Shown one piece after another: positions 38,229 through 48,263 of a stretch of 64,000 nucleotides of DNA (positions within the stretch are counted from its first letter, which is position 1; each line of letters begins with the position of its first letter). The stretch lies in contig JACKGE010000001.1 in assembly GCA_020632155.1 (NCBI GenBank), positions 314,285 to 378,284 of the forward strand, written 5' to 3'. The stretch is from Candidatus Nomurabacteria bacterium (GTDB taxonomy: Bacteria > Patescibacteriota > Minisyncoccia > Phycocordibacterales > UBA918). A program made the position numbers and the translations under genes. Under the pieces are notes generated by a model, which ran no database searches, was not told the DNA's origin, and was given only the letters and a program-made list of their open reading frames with translations.

Positions 38229-38464
38229 CGTCGGCTGGGGTGAAATGGTTAGGGCGACGGCTTGCCGTCGCCCTACACCAGAAACCTTGTGGTTTCTAGA
38301 GTTACTCACGCCTCAAGAAGTAGGCGAAGACAAGAGTGTCAATAAAAGGCACCAGTATGGAAATACACCAGCTGGTGCTATTTCTATACATGGCTGATTT
38401 TTTTAAGGCCAAGAAACCCCCGTCAGCCACAAGTGATACTAGGGTTTTTTGGTACAATGTCACT

Positions 38465-39841
38465 ATGAGAACCACAGAAGCCTGGGCTTTTAAGCGACAA
38501 CTTATCTACGGCACGTTTTTTACTACGCTGTTCATTTTGCTGGTAGTTTTTCTATATTTCCGCTATTTCTACAATCCAGCCACCTGTTTTGATGGGTCAC
38601 TAAATGGTGATGAGCTCGCAATCGACTGCGGCGGTAGTTGTGTACGTATTTGTCCGTTTGAAGTAAGCGATCCTGTTGTGAAGTGGTCACGTAGTTTTGA
38701 GATTCGTAGTGGTTTGTATAATGCGGTTGGGTATGTTGAGAACATGAACCGCGAGGCCTCAACCAAAGCGATTCCGTATACTTTTAAGCTTTACGATGCT
38801 GACGGACTTATAACAGAACGCAGCGGTACCACTGTCTTGCCGCCAGACAATGTATATCCTATTTTTGCTGGACGTATTGATACGGGCGGCCGCACACCAA
38901 CACGTACCTTCCTTGAGCTTGGTGAAGCTGAGCTGTGGCAACCATCCCCGCTCGGACGCGAGCAGTTCACGGTTGTTGATCGCTCACTATCGGGGGCTGA
39001 CAGTGAACCACGACTTGATGCGGTTATAGAGAATACGAGCCTCGAAGAAGCCCGCGAGGTCGAAGTGGTTGCCACCATATTTGATCAAAACGGAAATGCG
39101 CTCACTGCTTCGGAGACCTTTGTTGATAATTTTGCACCGCGTTCTAAAAAGCAGGTGGTCTTTACGTGGCCAGAGCCTATCGCTACTACCCTGCGTAGTT
39201 GTGAGGTGCCAACGGATGTGGTGATGGCGGTGGACCTCTCCGGTAGTATGAATAATGACGGCGGTGACCCACCAGAGCCAATTAGTAGTGTCATCAATGC
39301 TGCCAGTAGCTTTGTGTCGCGTCTTGGCGGGAAGGACCAAATCTCCATTGTCTCTTTTGCGAGTGATGCAGTACTTGAGCGACCGCTCGGGGGTGATACC
39401 GGTAGCGCTATTGAGACCATCAAGAACATGTCTATCTTGCCGGAGGAGGAAACTGGTAATACCAATACCGGCGAAGCTTTTGTGCGCGCACGGGAAGAAT
39501 TCACCACTAGTCGTCACAATAGCGATGCGCGTAAGGTGATGGTCATTCTAACGGACGGCCTCGCTACCGCACCGAGGGAAGAACCGGAGGTATACGCCCT
39601 TACGGAGGCCGCAACACTTAAGAATATGGATGTTGAAGTCTATGCTATTGGCCTTGGACAGCAGGTGAATATGGACTTCGTTCGCGCTATTGCTACTGAT
39701 CAAAGCTACGCCTTTCAAGCTCTTTCAAGCACTGACGTTGATGCAATTTACCAAAGTATCACAGCGGCTATTTGTGAGGACGGGCCGGCTGTTATCGAGA
39801 TTATTCCGAAATCTGACGCTAGTTTTGTGCCATTACAATAA
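38465..39841 (+). CDS. Membrane-anchored von Willebrand factor A (VWA) domain protein
   Basis: N-terminal TM (LIYGTFFTTLFILLVVFLYF). VWA MIDAS region ...VVMAVDLSGSMNN...ISIVSFASDAV...MVILTDGLA... Start trimmed to the Met before the TM. Confidence 0.65.
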   Translation: MRTTEAWAFKRQLIYGTFFTTLFILLVVFLYFRYFYNPATCFDGSLNGDELAIDCGGSCVRICPFEVSDPVVKWSRSFEIRSGLYNAVGYVENMNREASTKAIPYTFKLYDADGLITERSGTTVLPPDNVYPIFAGRIDTGGRTPTRTFLELGEAELWQPSPLGREQFTVVDRSLSGADSEPRLDAVIENTSLEEAREVEVVATIFDQNGNALTASETFVDNFAPRSKKQVVFTWPEPIATTLRSCEVPTDVVMAVDLSGSMNNDGGDPPEPISSVINAASSFVSRLGGKDQISIVSFASDAVLERPLGGDTGSAIETIKNMSILPEEETGNTNTGEAFVRAREEFTTSRHNSDARKVMVILTDGLATAPREEPEVYALTEAATLKNMDVEVYAIGLGQQVNMDFVRAIATDQSYAFQALSSTDVDAIYQSITAAICEDGPAVIEIIPKSDASFVPLQ

Positions 39842-39864
39842 GAAATATATTTAAAATCTGACTT

Positions 39865-39939
39865 CTTACAGAAGCTGTTCAGGTTGTCGTCATTTCTTTT
39901 CGCTTCCTCAAAAAATGACAGGCAACCTCTTGCAAAAGT
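39865..39939 (+). repeat. Intergenic two-part repeat element, locus A (CTTACAGAAGCTGTTCAGGTTG ... GCAACCTCTTGCAAAAGT), ~80-150 nt upstream of ftsW
   Basis: Same bipartite motif at 52782-52848 and 54097-54166. First half alone at 53743-53764. Confidence 0.6.
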
Positions 39940-40016
39940 CTCCCAGACTTTTTCACTAGTTTTGTACCGTTGCAGTAGTCATTTTCACTGATTCAAGACA
40001 GCTTTTGCATTTTTAG

Positions 40017-41159
40017 GTGATATCACGCATCATGTACACCATGCGATGGTGGCGATTATTTGCTGGTTTTGACCTCTGGCTCGTGCTAGCAGCACTTGCG
40101 CTGACACTACTTGGTTTGGTGACCATGTACACCTTCCAAGGTGATAATGGATACTTCACTCGGCAAGCCTATTGGATCATACTCAGTCTTGGTGTCATGG
40201 TGGCATCGATGCTTCCAGACTACCGTTTTTTGCGTACCGGCAATACCGCTTTCTTTTTTTATGTTGTCTCGGCGCTCTCACTCATACTCGTGCTTTTTAT
40301 TGGTGAGGTCACGCTTGGGGCGCAAAGTCGTTTTAACCTTGGTTTCTTTTCACTTCAACCTTCTGACCCAGCCAAGCTCGTCTTAATAGCACTTTTGGCT
40401 AAGTATTTCAGCAAGCGCCATGAACTCATTGGAGATTTTCGGCACATCATTATCTCTGGTCTCTATGCTTTTGTGATCTTTGGTCTCGTATTCATTCAGC
40501 CAGACTTCGGCTCGGCTATCATCCTCTTTTTTATTTGGTTTGGCATGGTGCTGGTGGCTGGTATCAAATTGCGCCACTTGCTCCTCGTCTTTTTGCTCGG
40601 TGCAGTAGCGTTTGGTGGTATGTGGGAGTTTGCCTTTCAGGATTACCAGAAAGAACGCATTATGACCTTTCTTGATCCGCTGTCTGATATTCAAGGCGCC
40701 GGGTACAACGCCTATCAGTCAACTATCGCTGTTGGTTCAGGCCAGCTTTTAGGTAAAGGGATTGGCTACGGTACACAATCAAAACTCCAGTTCTTGCCGG
40801 AGTACGAGACGGACTTCATTTTTGCTGCCTTTGCCGAGGAGTGGGGTTTGGTGGGGGTGCTCGTGCTCTTTCTGCTCTTTGCAGTGGTTATTTGGCGGCT
40901 GCTCTACCATGCGACACTTGGCGCAACCAATTTTGAGCGTTTGTTTGCCACGGGCGTGGCCATTCTCTTTGTGAGCCACTTCTTTGTGCACATTGGTATG
41001 AATATCGGTCTCTTGCCGGTAACTGGTACAACCGTTCCATTCCTTAGTTACGGCGGCACACACCTTATGACCGAATTCATGGGCCTTGGCATTGTCATGG
41101 CGATGCGTAAATACACCACCAGACACTATCAAGCGCGCGACATTCTCATTACTGAGTAA
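40017..41159 (+). CDS. ftsW: SEDS-family peptidoglycan glycosyltransferase/flippase (FtsW/RodA)
   Basis: About 10 TM segments with conserved FtsW/RodA blocks (...FQPSDPAKLVLIALLAKY..., ...QSKLQFLPEYETDFIFAAFAEEWGLVG..., ...GLLPVTGTTVPFLSYGGT...). Confidence 0.85.
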   Translation: MISRIMYTMRWWRLFAGFDLWLVLAALALTLLGLVTMYTFQGDNGYFTRQAYWIILSLGVMVASMLPDYRFLRTGNTAFFFYVVSALSLILVLFIGEVTLGAQSRFNLGFFSLQPSDPAKLVLIALLAKYFSKRHELIGDFRHIIISGLYAFVIFGLVFIQPDFGSAIILFFIWFGMVLVAGIKLRHLLLVFLLGAVAFGGMWEFAFQDYQKERIMTFLDPLSDIQGAGYNAYQSTIAVGSGQLLGKGIGYGTQSKLQFLPEYETDFIFAAFAEEWGLVGVLVLFLLFAVVIWRLLYHATLGATNFERLFATGVAILFVSHFFVHIGMNIGLLPVTGTTVPFLSYGGTHLMTEFMGLGIVMAMRKYTTRHYQARDILITE

Positions 41160-41161
41160 GG

Positions 41162-42343
41162 CTACATGGCTGCCTCAGCCTCAAAACGTGGGGGAGTAGG
41201 GTCGTTTTCGTAGATGGCGAGGGTGCCACCGACCATTTTGGCAATGCTAAACACCTCACCGCGTGCGAGCGCTGCTGCAGCGTACGCTGCTCGCTGTGCC
41301 GTATCGTGATACAGCTCAGCAATTGCCTGTGCCAGCGCCTCACTGTCCCCTGAGGGGATTAATAACCCCTCAACTTTGTCTGTGATGATCTCGGGAATGC
41401 CACCCACATTGCTTGCAATCACGGGCACGCCAGCCTGACAAGCCTCAATGGGTACGTAGGGAAATCCCTCACTGCGTGATGGCAAAACAAACACATCAGC
41501 GGCCTTGAGATACTGCGCGGCTTCGTCGATTGCACCAAGTAAAAAGACATGTGTCGCCAGGCCATGTGTAGCAATAAGGGCCTGCAGATTGTTGCGCTCA
41601 TCCCCGTCGCTGATGATTAGGTGACGGATTGGTAGTTTGTCCGCTGCAAGTTTTGCCATAGCTTCTATAGCCACATTATGTTGTTTGACTGGATGAAGTT
41701 CACCAATGGTGATGCTCCAAAAATCATCTTGGTACTGCTCGAGTTCAGGTGCGTAACCCATTAGGACACGTCTCGAACGATCTTTGGACTGTAGTGTAGC
41801 GGCTGCGCGACCGTTGTATACAACGGTCATCTTACGCTCTGCCCCCAACCATGCAAGCTGGCTCTTCAGCGTATGAGAGACAGCAATCGTTTGATGGCTG
41901 CCAATGACCGTTAACCAATGGAATAGTTTTAGCACTATTCGAGATAGTGCATTACGATTTTCATTAAAGGCCCAGCCGTGAGCGGTGAAAATGATACGCG
42001 GCACACCAAGTATGCGGCCCATCATGACACCTAAGAGGCCGGCTTTGGAACTGTTGATATGAAAGATATCAGGGTCCTCGTCTTTGATAAGGGAACCAAT
42101 TTGCCAGAGTGCCTGCAGTTCTTTAATGATAGATATGTCTCTTTGTAGTGCAGGAATAGAAAGTACTTTAAGACCGGCAGCTTCCAGCTTTTCTGTAAGC
42201 GGCCCGTTGCCACCAAGCGCTACGACCACCTCATACTGTTCGGTTGGCAGGTTAGTAGCAAGATCATAGACATAGCGCTGGGCTCCGCCAAAGTTGGACT
42301 TTGTTATAAGAAATAAAACCTTTTTCTTTCTTTGTTCGTTCAT
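41162..42343 (-). CDS. Glycosyltransferase family 4 (GT-B)
   Basis: ...LGAIDEAAQYLKAADVFVLPSRSEGFPYVPIEACQAGVPVIASNVGGIPEII... (EX7E-type GT4 C-terminal domain). Confidence 0.8.
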   Translation of the reverse strand: MNEQRKKKVLFLITKSNFGGAQRYVYDLATNLPTEQYEVVVALGGNGPLTEKLEAAGLKVLSIPALQRDISIIKELQALWQIGSLIKDEDPDIFHINSSKAGLLGVMMGRILGVPRIIFTAHGWAFNENRNALSRIVLKLFHWLTVIGSHQTIAVSHTLKSQLAWLGAERKMTVVYNGRAAATLQSKDRSRRVLMGYAPELEQYQDDFWSITIGELHPVKQHNVAIEAMAKLAADKLPIRHLIISDGDERNNLQALIATHGLATHVFLLGAIDEAAQYLKAADVFVLPSRSEGFPYVPIEACQAGVPVIASNVGGIPEIITDKVEGLLIPSGDSEALAQAIAELYHDTAQRAAYAAAALARGEVFSIAKMVGGTLAIYENDPTPPRFEAEAAM

Positions 42344-42491
42344 TGGTGCCTATAGTAACACTATTTATAAGTGACTAGTTACGACACTTGCTTGCCCGCG
42401 CACTAACTGGTCAGACTGCGCAAAAGCGCGTTAATTCACAAGTGAATTAACAGTCTTACCGTTAGTGTGCGGGCTTGCTAATTTACCCTGA

Positions 42492-43865
42492 TTGGGTACG
42501 ATTATTCTCAATATGGGAGAACGAACCCGAGAACTCATTGTGCTGGTGACTGGTGACATCATTTGTTTTATCAGCGCTCTGTGGTTGACGCTTTTTGTCA
42601 GGTACTTTGAGTGGCCGTCTGCTGAGAATCTGGCTGTCCACCTCACTCCCTTTCTATTACTTTCCGGTGTGTGGGTATTCATATTTTTCAGCTCAGGCCT
42701 CTACGACAAACATACAACACTCCTTAAGCAGAGCCTGCGCACACGCATTGTCTACACTCAGATCGTTAACATGGTGGCAGCGGTCGTCATGTTTATTGTC
42801 TTTCCGTTTGGTATCGCCCCAAAGACGAACTTGGCTATTTACATGGTTATCTCCACCGCTCTCATTTTTTGGTGGCGTCTAAAGCTTACCAACCACTTCT
42901 CTCCAAAAGAACAGCACAAGGCCATTTTGATTGCGGATGGGCAAGAGGCAGTAGAGCTTGTTGATGAGATAAACAACAACGATCGTTATAACTACTACTT
43001 CGTGCGGATCATCGATGAGAGTGTAGCCAAAAATACACCCGAGTTTGAGTCAAAATTGCTGCAACTTATAGAGCGTGACCAAATATCTATGGTCGTCGCT
43101 AGTGCACATAGTAGTTACACCACCAAGATTATGCCGGTTATTTTTGACATGGCATTCCTCAACTTCCGCTCGACATTCCTTGATTTCACTAAGCTCTATG
43201 AAGACACCTTTGACCGCGAACCGATCTCGGCGCTTCAGCACGACTGGTTCATTACTCATGTTTCACAATCGCGTAGTCTTTTTTATGATCTCTTTAAGCG
43301 TATTGCCGATATCCTTGGAGCGATTGTGCTCCTCATACCATGCACGATTGTGTTTCCAATCGTAGCTGCGTTTATTAAATTGGAAGATAAAGGGCCACTT
43401 TTGTATCGAACCGAACGTGTTGGTCAATTTAATCGTCCCATCACCATATATAAGTTCCGTACGATGTCCGGCCGAGATGAGGGTACTGAGGCGCTCGCGA
43501 CCAAACATGTAGTCACCAAGATAGGCTCCATACTTCGCAAGACCCGCCTTGATGAATTGCCGCAATTATTCAACGTCCTACGGGGAGACCTTTCATTTAT
43601 TGGACCGCGTCCTGAGATGCCAGCACTTGCTGCGGTCTATGCGGAGCAGATACCGTATTACAATACGCGCCATTTCATTAAACCGGGGCTTTCTGGCTGG
43701 GCACAGATAAATGACCTTGATGCACCGCGCGGTGGGGTAGATATCGAACGCACCATGAGTAAGCTCTCGTACGATCTTTTGTACCTCAAGCGCCGCTCTC
43801 TCTGGTTGGATTTACAGATTGCTATCAAAACACTGGCTACGTTAATTTTGCGTACCGGCTCGTAA
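42492..43865 (+). CDS. Polyprenyl-phosphate glycosyl-1-phosphate transferase (WbaP/Bac_transf family initiating sugar transferase)
   Basis: N-terminal TM segments. C-terminal ...KRIADILGAIVLLIPCTIVFPIVAAFIKLEDKGPLLYRTERVGQFNRPITIYKFRTM...LDELPQLFNVLRGDLSFIGPRPEMP... Confidence 0.85.
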   Translation: MGTIILNMGERTRELIVLVTGDIICFISALWLTLFVRYFEWPSAENLAVHLTPFLLLSGVWVFIFFSSGLYDKHTTLLKQSLRTRIVYTQIVNMVAAVVMFIVFPFGIAPKTNLAIYMVISTALIFWWRLKLTNHFSPKEQHKAILIADGQEAVELVDEINNNDRYNYYFVRIIDESVAKNTPEFESKLLQLIERDQISMVVASAHSSYTTKIMPVIFDMAFLNFRSTFLDFTKLYEDTFDREPISALQHDWFITHVSQSRSLFYDLFKRIADILGAIVLLIPCTIVFPIVAAFIKLEDKGPLLYRTERVGQFNRPITIYKFRTMSGRDEGTEALATKHVVTKIGSILRKTRLDELPQLFNVLRGDLSFIGPRPEMPALAAVYAEQIPYYNTRHFIKPGLSGWAQINDLDAPRGGVDIERTMSKLSYDLLYLKRRSLWLDLQIAIKTLATLILRTGS

Positions 43866-43908
43866 AATCTCTCGCCGCGGGGGATGTAGTTTGTTATACT
43901 CGCTGCAC

Positions 43909-44697
43909 ATGTTAGTAGATGGAAAAGCTATTGCTGCGGACATCTATCAAGAAATTCGCAATATCATTAGTCATACAGGAGAACGGCCACACCTGACGGT
44001 TTTTACCTGTGCACCGAATTTTGAAACGCAAAAATATCTTAATCTGAAACGCAAGAAAGCTGCTGAGGTTGGTATCGCAACGAACGTCATCGAATTTCCC
44101 GCAGATATCACCACCGAAGAGGTGATAGCCTCAATTAACCACGCCACCATACAAACCGATGGGGTAATTGTGCAGCTACCGTTTCCGGCTGCTGTCGATA
44201 CTGACCGAGTACTCCAAGTCGTTCCGGTCAGTCTTGATGTTGATGCTTTGCGGTACGTGGACGCTGAACACCACACCGTACTACCACCAGTAGTAGGAGC
44301 AATCGATGAGATCGCGCAGCGTTACGCCGTGTCACTGTTAGGTCGCAATGTGGTAGTGGTAGGACAAGGTCGTTTAGTTGGTAAGCCAGCGGCCAAGTGG
44401 GCGACGGCACTGGGTGCTAACGTTACGGTAATTGATAAAGACACTGATGCTCCCGAGGTTTTATTTAAAGAAGCAGACATAATCATTTCGGGTGCTGGGA
44501 AAGCGGGTCTCATTAAACCAGAAATGGTTAAAGATGGAGTGATTATATTTGATGCCGGCACCTCTGAGGAGGGCGGGGAATTACGTGGTGATGTTGATCC
44601 TTCCTGCGCAGACAAAGCGCGTTTGTTTACACCTGTCCCAGGAGGGATTGGACCAATTACAGTAGCGGTATTGCTACGTAATCTGGTTCAGCACTAA
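43909..44697 (+). CDS. folD: Bifunctional methylenetetrahydrofolate dehydrogenase/cyclohydrolase
   Basis: MLVDGKAIAADIYQEI...GVIVQLPFP...VVVVGQGRLVGKPAA...PVPGGIGPITVAVLLRN. Start trimmed to the Met aligning with the FolD N-terminus. Confidence 0.85.
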   Translation: MLVDGKAIAADIYQEIRNIISHTGERPHLTVFTCAPNFETQKYLNLKRKKAAEVGIATNVIEFPADITTEEVIASINHATIQTDGVIVQLPFPAAVDTDRVLQVVPVSLDVDALRYVDAEHHTVLPPVVGAIDEIAQRYAVSLLGRNVVVVGQGRLVGKPAAKWATALGANVTVIDKDTDAPEVLFKEADIIISGAGKAGLIKPEMVKDGVIIFDAGTSEEGGELRGDVDPSCADKARLFTPVPGGIGPITVAVLLRNLVQH

Positions 44698-44749
44698 GAC
44701 GCTCGGGGTGGTGCACAGATAGAATAATGGTGGTATAGTACCTCATCGT

Positions 44750-46171
44750 ATGTCTACGTCTGAAACGAATACTAACGCGAGCGTCAAGTGGTTACGCATG
44801 TTTTATGCCCTTATTGTGCTCATTATTGGTGGCCTTATCGGGCAATTTGTGTATCTCAATACTACCAATGACAGTGCCAGCTACCCATTTAAACTAGGAC
44901 TTGATCTCGCTGGTGGCAGTCACTTGGTCTACGAGGCTGACGTTTCTGAAATTGCGCCAAGCGATGTGGGTGAACTCATGAATGTTTTGCGTGATGTCAT
45001 TGAACGCCGCGTGAACACCTTCGGTGTCTCTGAGCCAATCGTGCAGGTAGAGCAGAGTAGTTTCGTCAGTGACACCCCATCCGAACGCCTTGTTGTCGAA
45101 CTTCCGGGGGTAACTGACGTGGAGACCGCCATTGAAGAGATTGGCAAGACACCACTTCTAGAATTCAAGTTAGTTGATGAGGCAGCTGCAAATGCTACCG
45201 CAACATCAACCATTACGCTGGACGCCTCGTCTACTGAAGACGGTGCGGTAAGTGTGCCAGTAGAACAGCCAAATCCGTTTATTACTACTGGTCTTACTGG
45301 TCGTTATCTTGAGGGGGCACAACTTGAATTCCTAGGGTCAAATAATCAAGGCGGACTGGCCAATGAACCGGTGGTCTCGATTCGTTTCAATAGTGAAGGA
45401 GGGCAGCTATTTGAAGACATCACACGTGCGCACGTTGGAGAGAATCTCGCTATCTTCCTTGATGGGCAGCTCGTGTCAGCGCCACGTATCAACGAGGTTA
45501 TTGCCGGTGGTACTGCTATTATCTCTGGTAACTTTACTCCTGACGAAGCGCGTGATTTGGCAGAGAACCTCAACTTCGGTGCCTTGCCGGTACCGATTGA
45601 ACTGAAGAGTACCCAGACTATTGGTGCCACACTCGGCGGAGAAGTGCTTGGCAAAGGTATCGAAGCCGGTACCATTGGTCTTGGTTTGGTGATGTTATTT
45701 ATGCTGCTGTGGTATCGTTTGCCAGGGATTGTGGCGGGAGTGGCACTTCTTATGTATGTCGTTGTCATGTTGGCACTCTTCCAGCTCATTCCAGTAACAC
45801 TTACGGCGGCGGGCCTCGCTGGCTTTGTGCTCTCACTTGGTATGGCTGTTGATGCCAACGTGCTCGTATTTGAACGCATGAAAGAGGAGTATCGGGATGG
45901 CAAGGGAAGCAATGAAGCGGCCCAGATTGGGTTTGCTCGGGCTTGGAGCGCTATTCGTGATGGTAACGTGACCAGTATTCTCTCTGCTATCATTCTTTTT
46001 TGGTTTGGCACCTCAATGGTAAAGGGTTTTGCACTTGTATTCGGTATTGGTGTCATTGTCTCTATGCTGACTGCACTTACGGTTACCCGTACGTTACTGA
46101 TGGCGTTGCCGCGGACGCAACTTGATGGTGGCATCATGGGCAAACTCTTTAATTCAGGTTTTAAGCGATAA
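44750..46171 (+). CDS. secD: Protein translocase subunit SecD
   Basis: N-terminal TM, then LGLDLAGGSHLVYEADVS... periplasmic domain and a C-terminal 6-TM domain. Confidence 0.9.
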   Translation: MSTSETNTNASVKWLRMFYALIVLIIGGLIGQFVYLNTTNDSASYPFKLGLDLAGGSHLVYEADVSEIAPSDVGELMNVLRDVIERRVNTFGVSEPIVQVEQSSFVSDTPSERLVVELPGVTDVETAIEEIGKTPLLEFKLVDEAAANATATSTITLDASSTEDGAVSVPVEQPNPFITTGLTGRYLEGAQLEFLGSNNQGGLANEPVVSIRFNSEGGQLFEDITRAHVGENLAIFLDGQLVSAPRINEVIAGGTAIISGNFTPDEARDLAENLNFGALPVPIELKSTQTIGATLGGEVLGKGIEAGTIGLGLVMLFMLLWYRLPGIVAGVALLMYVVVMLALFQLIPVTLTAAGLAGFVLSLGMAVDANVLVFERMKEEYRDGKGSNEAAQIGFARAWSAIRDGNVTSILSAIILFWFGTSMVKGFALVFGIGVIVSMLTALTVTRTLLMALPRTQLDGGIMGKLFNSGFKR

Positions 46172-46173
46172 GT

Positions 46174-47148
46174 ATGCGTATCATTCAGTACAAGAACATA
46201 TTGATAGCACTTGGCCTTGCGGCCATGCTTGTTTCAGCTGGGCTGGTATTCAAATACGGTCTTAATCTCGGTATTGATTTTACTGGCGGCGCGCTCACAG
46301 AGGTGGTCTATGAGACGCAACCAGAGAAAGCGGAGCTGGAATCAAACCTTAGCTCTATGGAACTTGGTGATTATTCACTTCGGGTCACTACAGATGAGAC
46401 TGGACGAGCTGGGTACATTTTACGCAGTCGCGACCTTAGTGAGCCAGAGCGGGTGCAGGTACAAGAAGTCCTTACTGCGGCAGGCCAAGGGGGAGAGATA
46501 ACCCGCTTTACATCAATAGGTCCAGTTATTGGACAAGAGCTCAAAGATAAGGCGGTCTGGGCCATTGGCGGCGTGGTTGCGATCATCGTGCTGTATGTTG
46601 CTTTTGCGTTTGCAGGAGTAGGTAAGCCAGTTGGTTCGTGGGTGTACAGTTTTATCACTATCTTTGTACTTGTTCACGATGTTTTGGTGCCGTCAGCACT
46701 TATGAGTCTCCTTGGCAAATTTGCCGGTATTGAGGTTGATGTACTCTTTGTGATGGCGCTTTTGGCGGTACTCGGTTACTCAGTTAACGACACGATTGTG
46801 GTCTTTGACCGCGTACGTGAGAATCTCATTAAGTATCGACAGGAAAAGAAAAAAGTGCGCCGCGATGAGTTTGGTCAAAAACACGAAGAGATTGATTACA
46901 CTTTCGACAAGCCGTTCTCTGAGATCGTCGGCATCTCAGTCTCTGAGACCTTGCTCCGCTCTTTTAATACTTCATTCACTACGTTCTTGGCACTGGTGGC
47001 CCTCTACTTCTTTGGTGGTGATGTTACTAAGACGTTCGCACTGGTACTTATCGCTGGTGTAGTGGCTGGTACGTACTCGTCTATCTTCCTTGCCAGTCCA
47101 CTTTTGGTTTGGTACGCGTCGTGGCAAGAGAAAAAACAGTCTAGATAA
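46174..47148 (+). CDS. secF: Protein translocase subunit SecF
   Basis: ...GIDFTGGALTEVVYE... and a 6-TM C-terminus. Immediately follows secD. Terminator GCGCGAGGCCAATTGGCCTCACGCTTTTT at 47158-47186. Confidence 0.9.
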   Translation: MRIIQYKNILIALGLAAMLVSAGLVFKYGLNLGIDFTGGALTEVVYETQPEKAELESNLSSMELGDYSLRVTTDETGRAGYILRSRDLSEPERVQVQEVLTAAGQGGEITRFTSIGPVIGQELKDKAVWAIGGVVAIIVLYVAFAFAGVGKPVGSWVYSFITIFVLVHDVLVPSALMSLLGKFAGIEVDVLFVMALLAVLGYSVNDTIVVFDRVRENLIKYRQEKKKVRRDEFGQKHEEIDYTFDKPFSEIVGISVSETLLRSFNTSFTTFLALVALYFFGGDVTKTFALVLIAGVVAGTYSSIFLASPLLVWYASWQEKKQSR

Positions 47149-47205
47149 AAACAAAAGGCGCGAGGCCAATTGGCCTCACGCTTTTTGTTTGGTAGTATAC
47201 CGCCT

Positions 47206-47769
47206 ATGATAATTGGTTTAACAGGTTCGTTTGGAGCAGGGAAGGGAGTAGTTTCTGATTATTTGGTCGACACAAAAAAATTTGCACACTTCTCAGCTCG
47301 CACATTCATTATCGCAGAGATAGAACGACGTGGTTTGCCGATTGATAGAAACAGTATGATCGAGGTAGCAAATGATCTTCGTCACACCTACGGACCAACC
47401 TATATATTCGAACAACTGGTGGCCATGGCCAAAGAACATGGTGGTAACTGTGTGGTTGAGAGCATTCGAGCGGTTGCTGAAGCGCGGTACATGCAAGAGC
47501 AGGGAGGGGTCGTGCTTGGAGTAGATGCCCCGCCGGAGCTACGGTATGAACGTATCGTTAAACGAGGTAGTGAGACAGACCATGTGACTTTTGATGAGTG
47601 GCGCGCGCAGGAGGTGAGGGAGTCAAACCCAGATGACCCTACTAAGCAGGACATCTTTGGTGCCCTTAAAGAATCAGATGTCATTATTCAAAATGACGGT
47701 ACGGTTCCTGAGTTGCATACAAAGATAGAAGAATTTCTCGCACTGTACACGAACGACGCAGCAACGTAG
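47206..47769 (+). CDS. P-loop nucleotide/CoA kinase (dephospho-CoA kinase / dNMP kinase-like)
   Basis: MIIGLTGSFGAGKGVVSDYL (Walker A at the extreme N-terminus, as in CoaE). Start placed after the secF terminator. Confidence 0.45.
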   Translation: MIIGLTGSFGAGKGVVSDYLVDTKKFAHFSARTFIIAEIERRGLPIDRNSMIEVANDLRHTYGPTYIFEQLVAMAKEHGGNCVVESIRAVAEARYMQEQGGVVLGVDAPPELRYERIVKRGSETDHVTFDEWRAQEVRESNPDDPTKQDIFGALKESDVIIQNDGTVPELHTKIEEFLALYTNDAAT

Positions 47770-47820
47770 GCAAAAACAGATAACAAAAATAAGTCTTTGT
47801 ATCCTATAGGATACAAAGAC

Positions 47821-48210
47821 TTATTTTTGTTTCCACATTTCTTCTATCAATGAAAAAAGTAAAAAGTGAGTAGGGTATTTTTTCTTAAGATTTTCATACG
47901 AAAAAGGCGGGACAAATTTTGAGGCATGTTTTTTACTTACACGTTGGTTATTTTTTTGATAAGAAGAAACATATTCACTAAATTCATTTTCCAACCAACG
48001 ATTCATCTGAGCAAATGTGTTTGGGCTTACCTGAAGCCGGTCATTAATTTCAAAACGTGTTTTACCAGACAAAATCGCTTGAGCAATAAGTATACGTCGA
48101 CCAAGTGCGATTTTTTCGCGCTCAGTCAATAGTCGAACAATGGTTTCAACTTCATTGGCGGTTGCAATTTCGAAAGCTTGTAGGGCAAGCTCGTCAATGT
48201 CTTTTTTCAT
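47821..48210 (-). CDS. TrpR/YerC/YecD-like HTH DNA-binding protein (second paralog)
   Basis: ...LTEREKIALGRRILIAQAILSGKTRFEINDRLQVSPNTFAQMNRWL... Family-B palindrome abuts its start codon. Confidence 0.55.
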   Translation of the reverse strand: MKKDIDELALQAFEIATANEVETIVRLLTEREKIALGRRILIAQAILSGKTRFEINDRLQVSPNTFAQMNRWLENEFSEYVSSYQKNNQRVSKKHASKFVPPFSYENLKKKYPTHFLLFSLIEEMWKQK

Positions 48211-48234
48211 CTATGTATCATATATGATACATAG
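48211..48234. promoter_or_regulatory. 24-bp perfect palindrome CTATGTATCATATATGATACATAG (family B) directly abutting the start of the TrpR-like gene
   Basis: Direct reading. Same core as 6771-6798. Confidence 0.5.
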
Positions 48235-48263
48235 AGATATATAAAATAAGTGGAGGAGTTAAT

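Noticed and set aside
36340-38300. GC-rich cassette as a pure metagenome chimera at the rRNA operon
   Set aside because: Not rejected outright. It is less likely because the right-hand junction (about 38.3 kb) is in unique non-rRNA sequence and the native VWA gene continues normally. It needs read-level confirmation.
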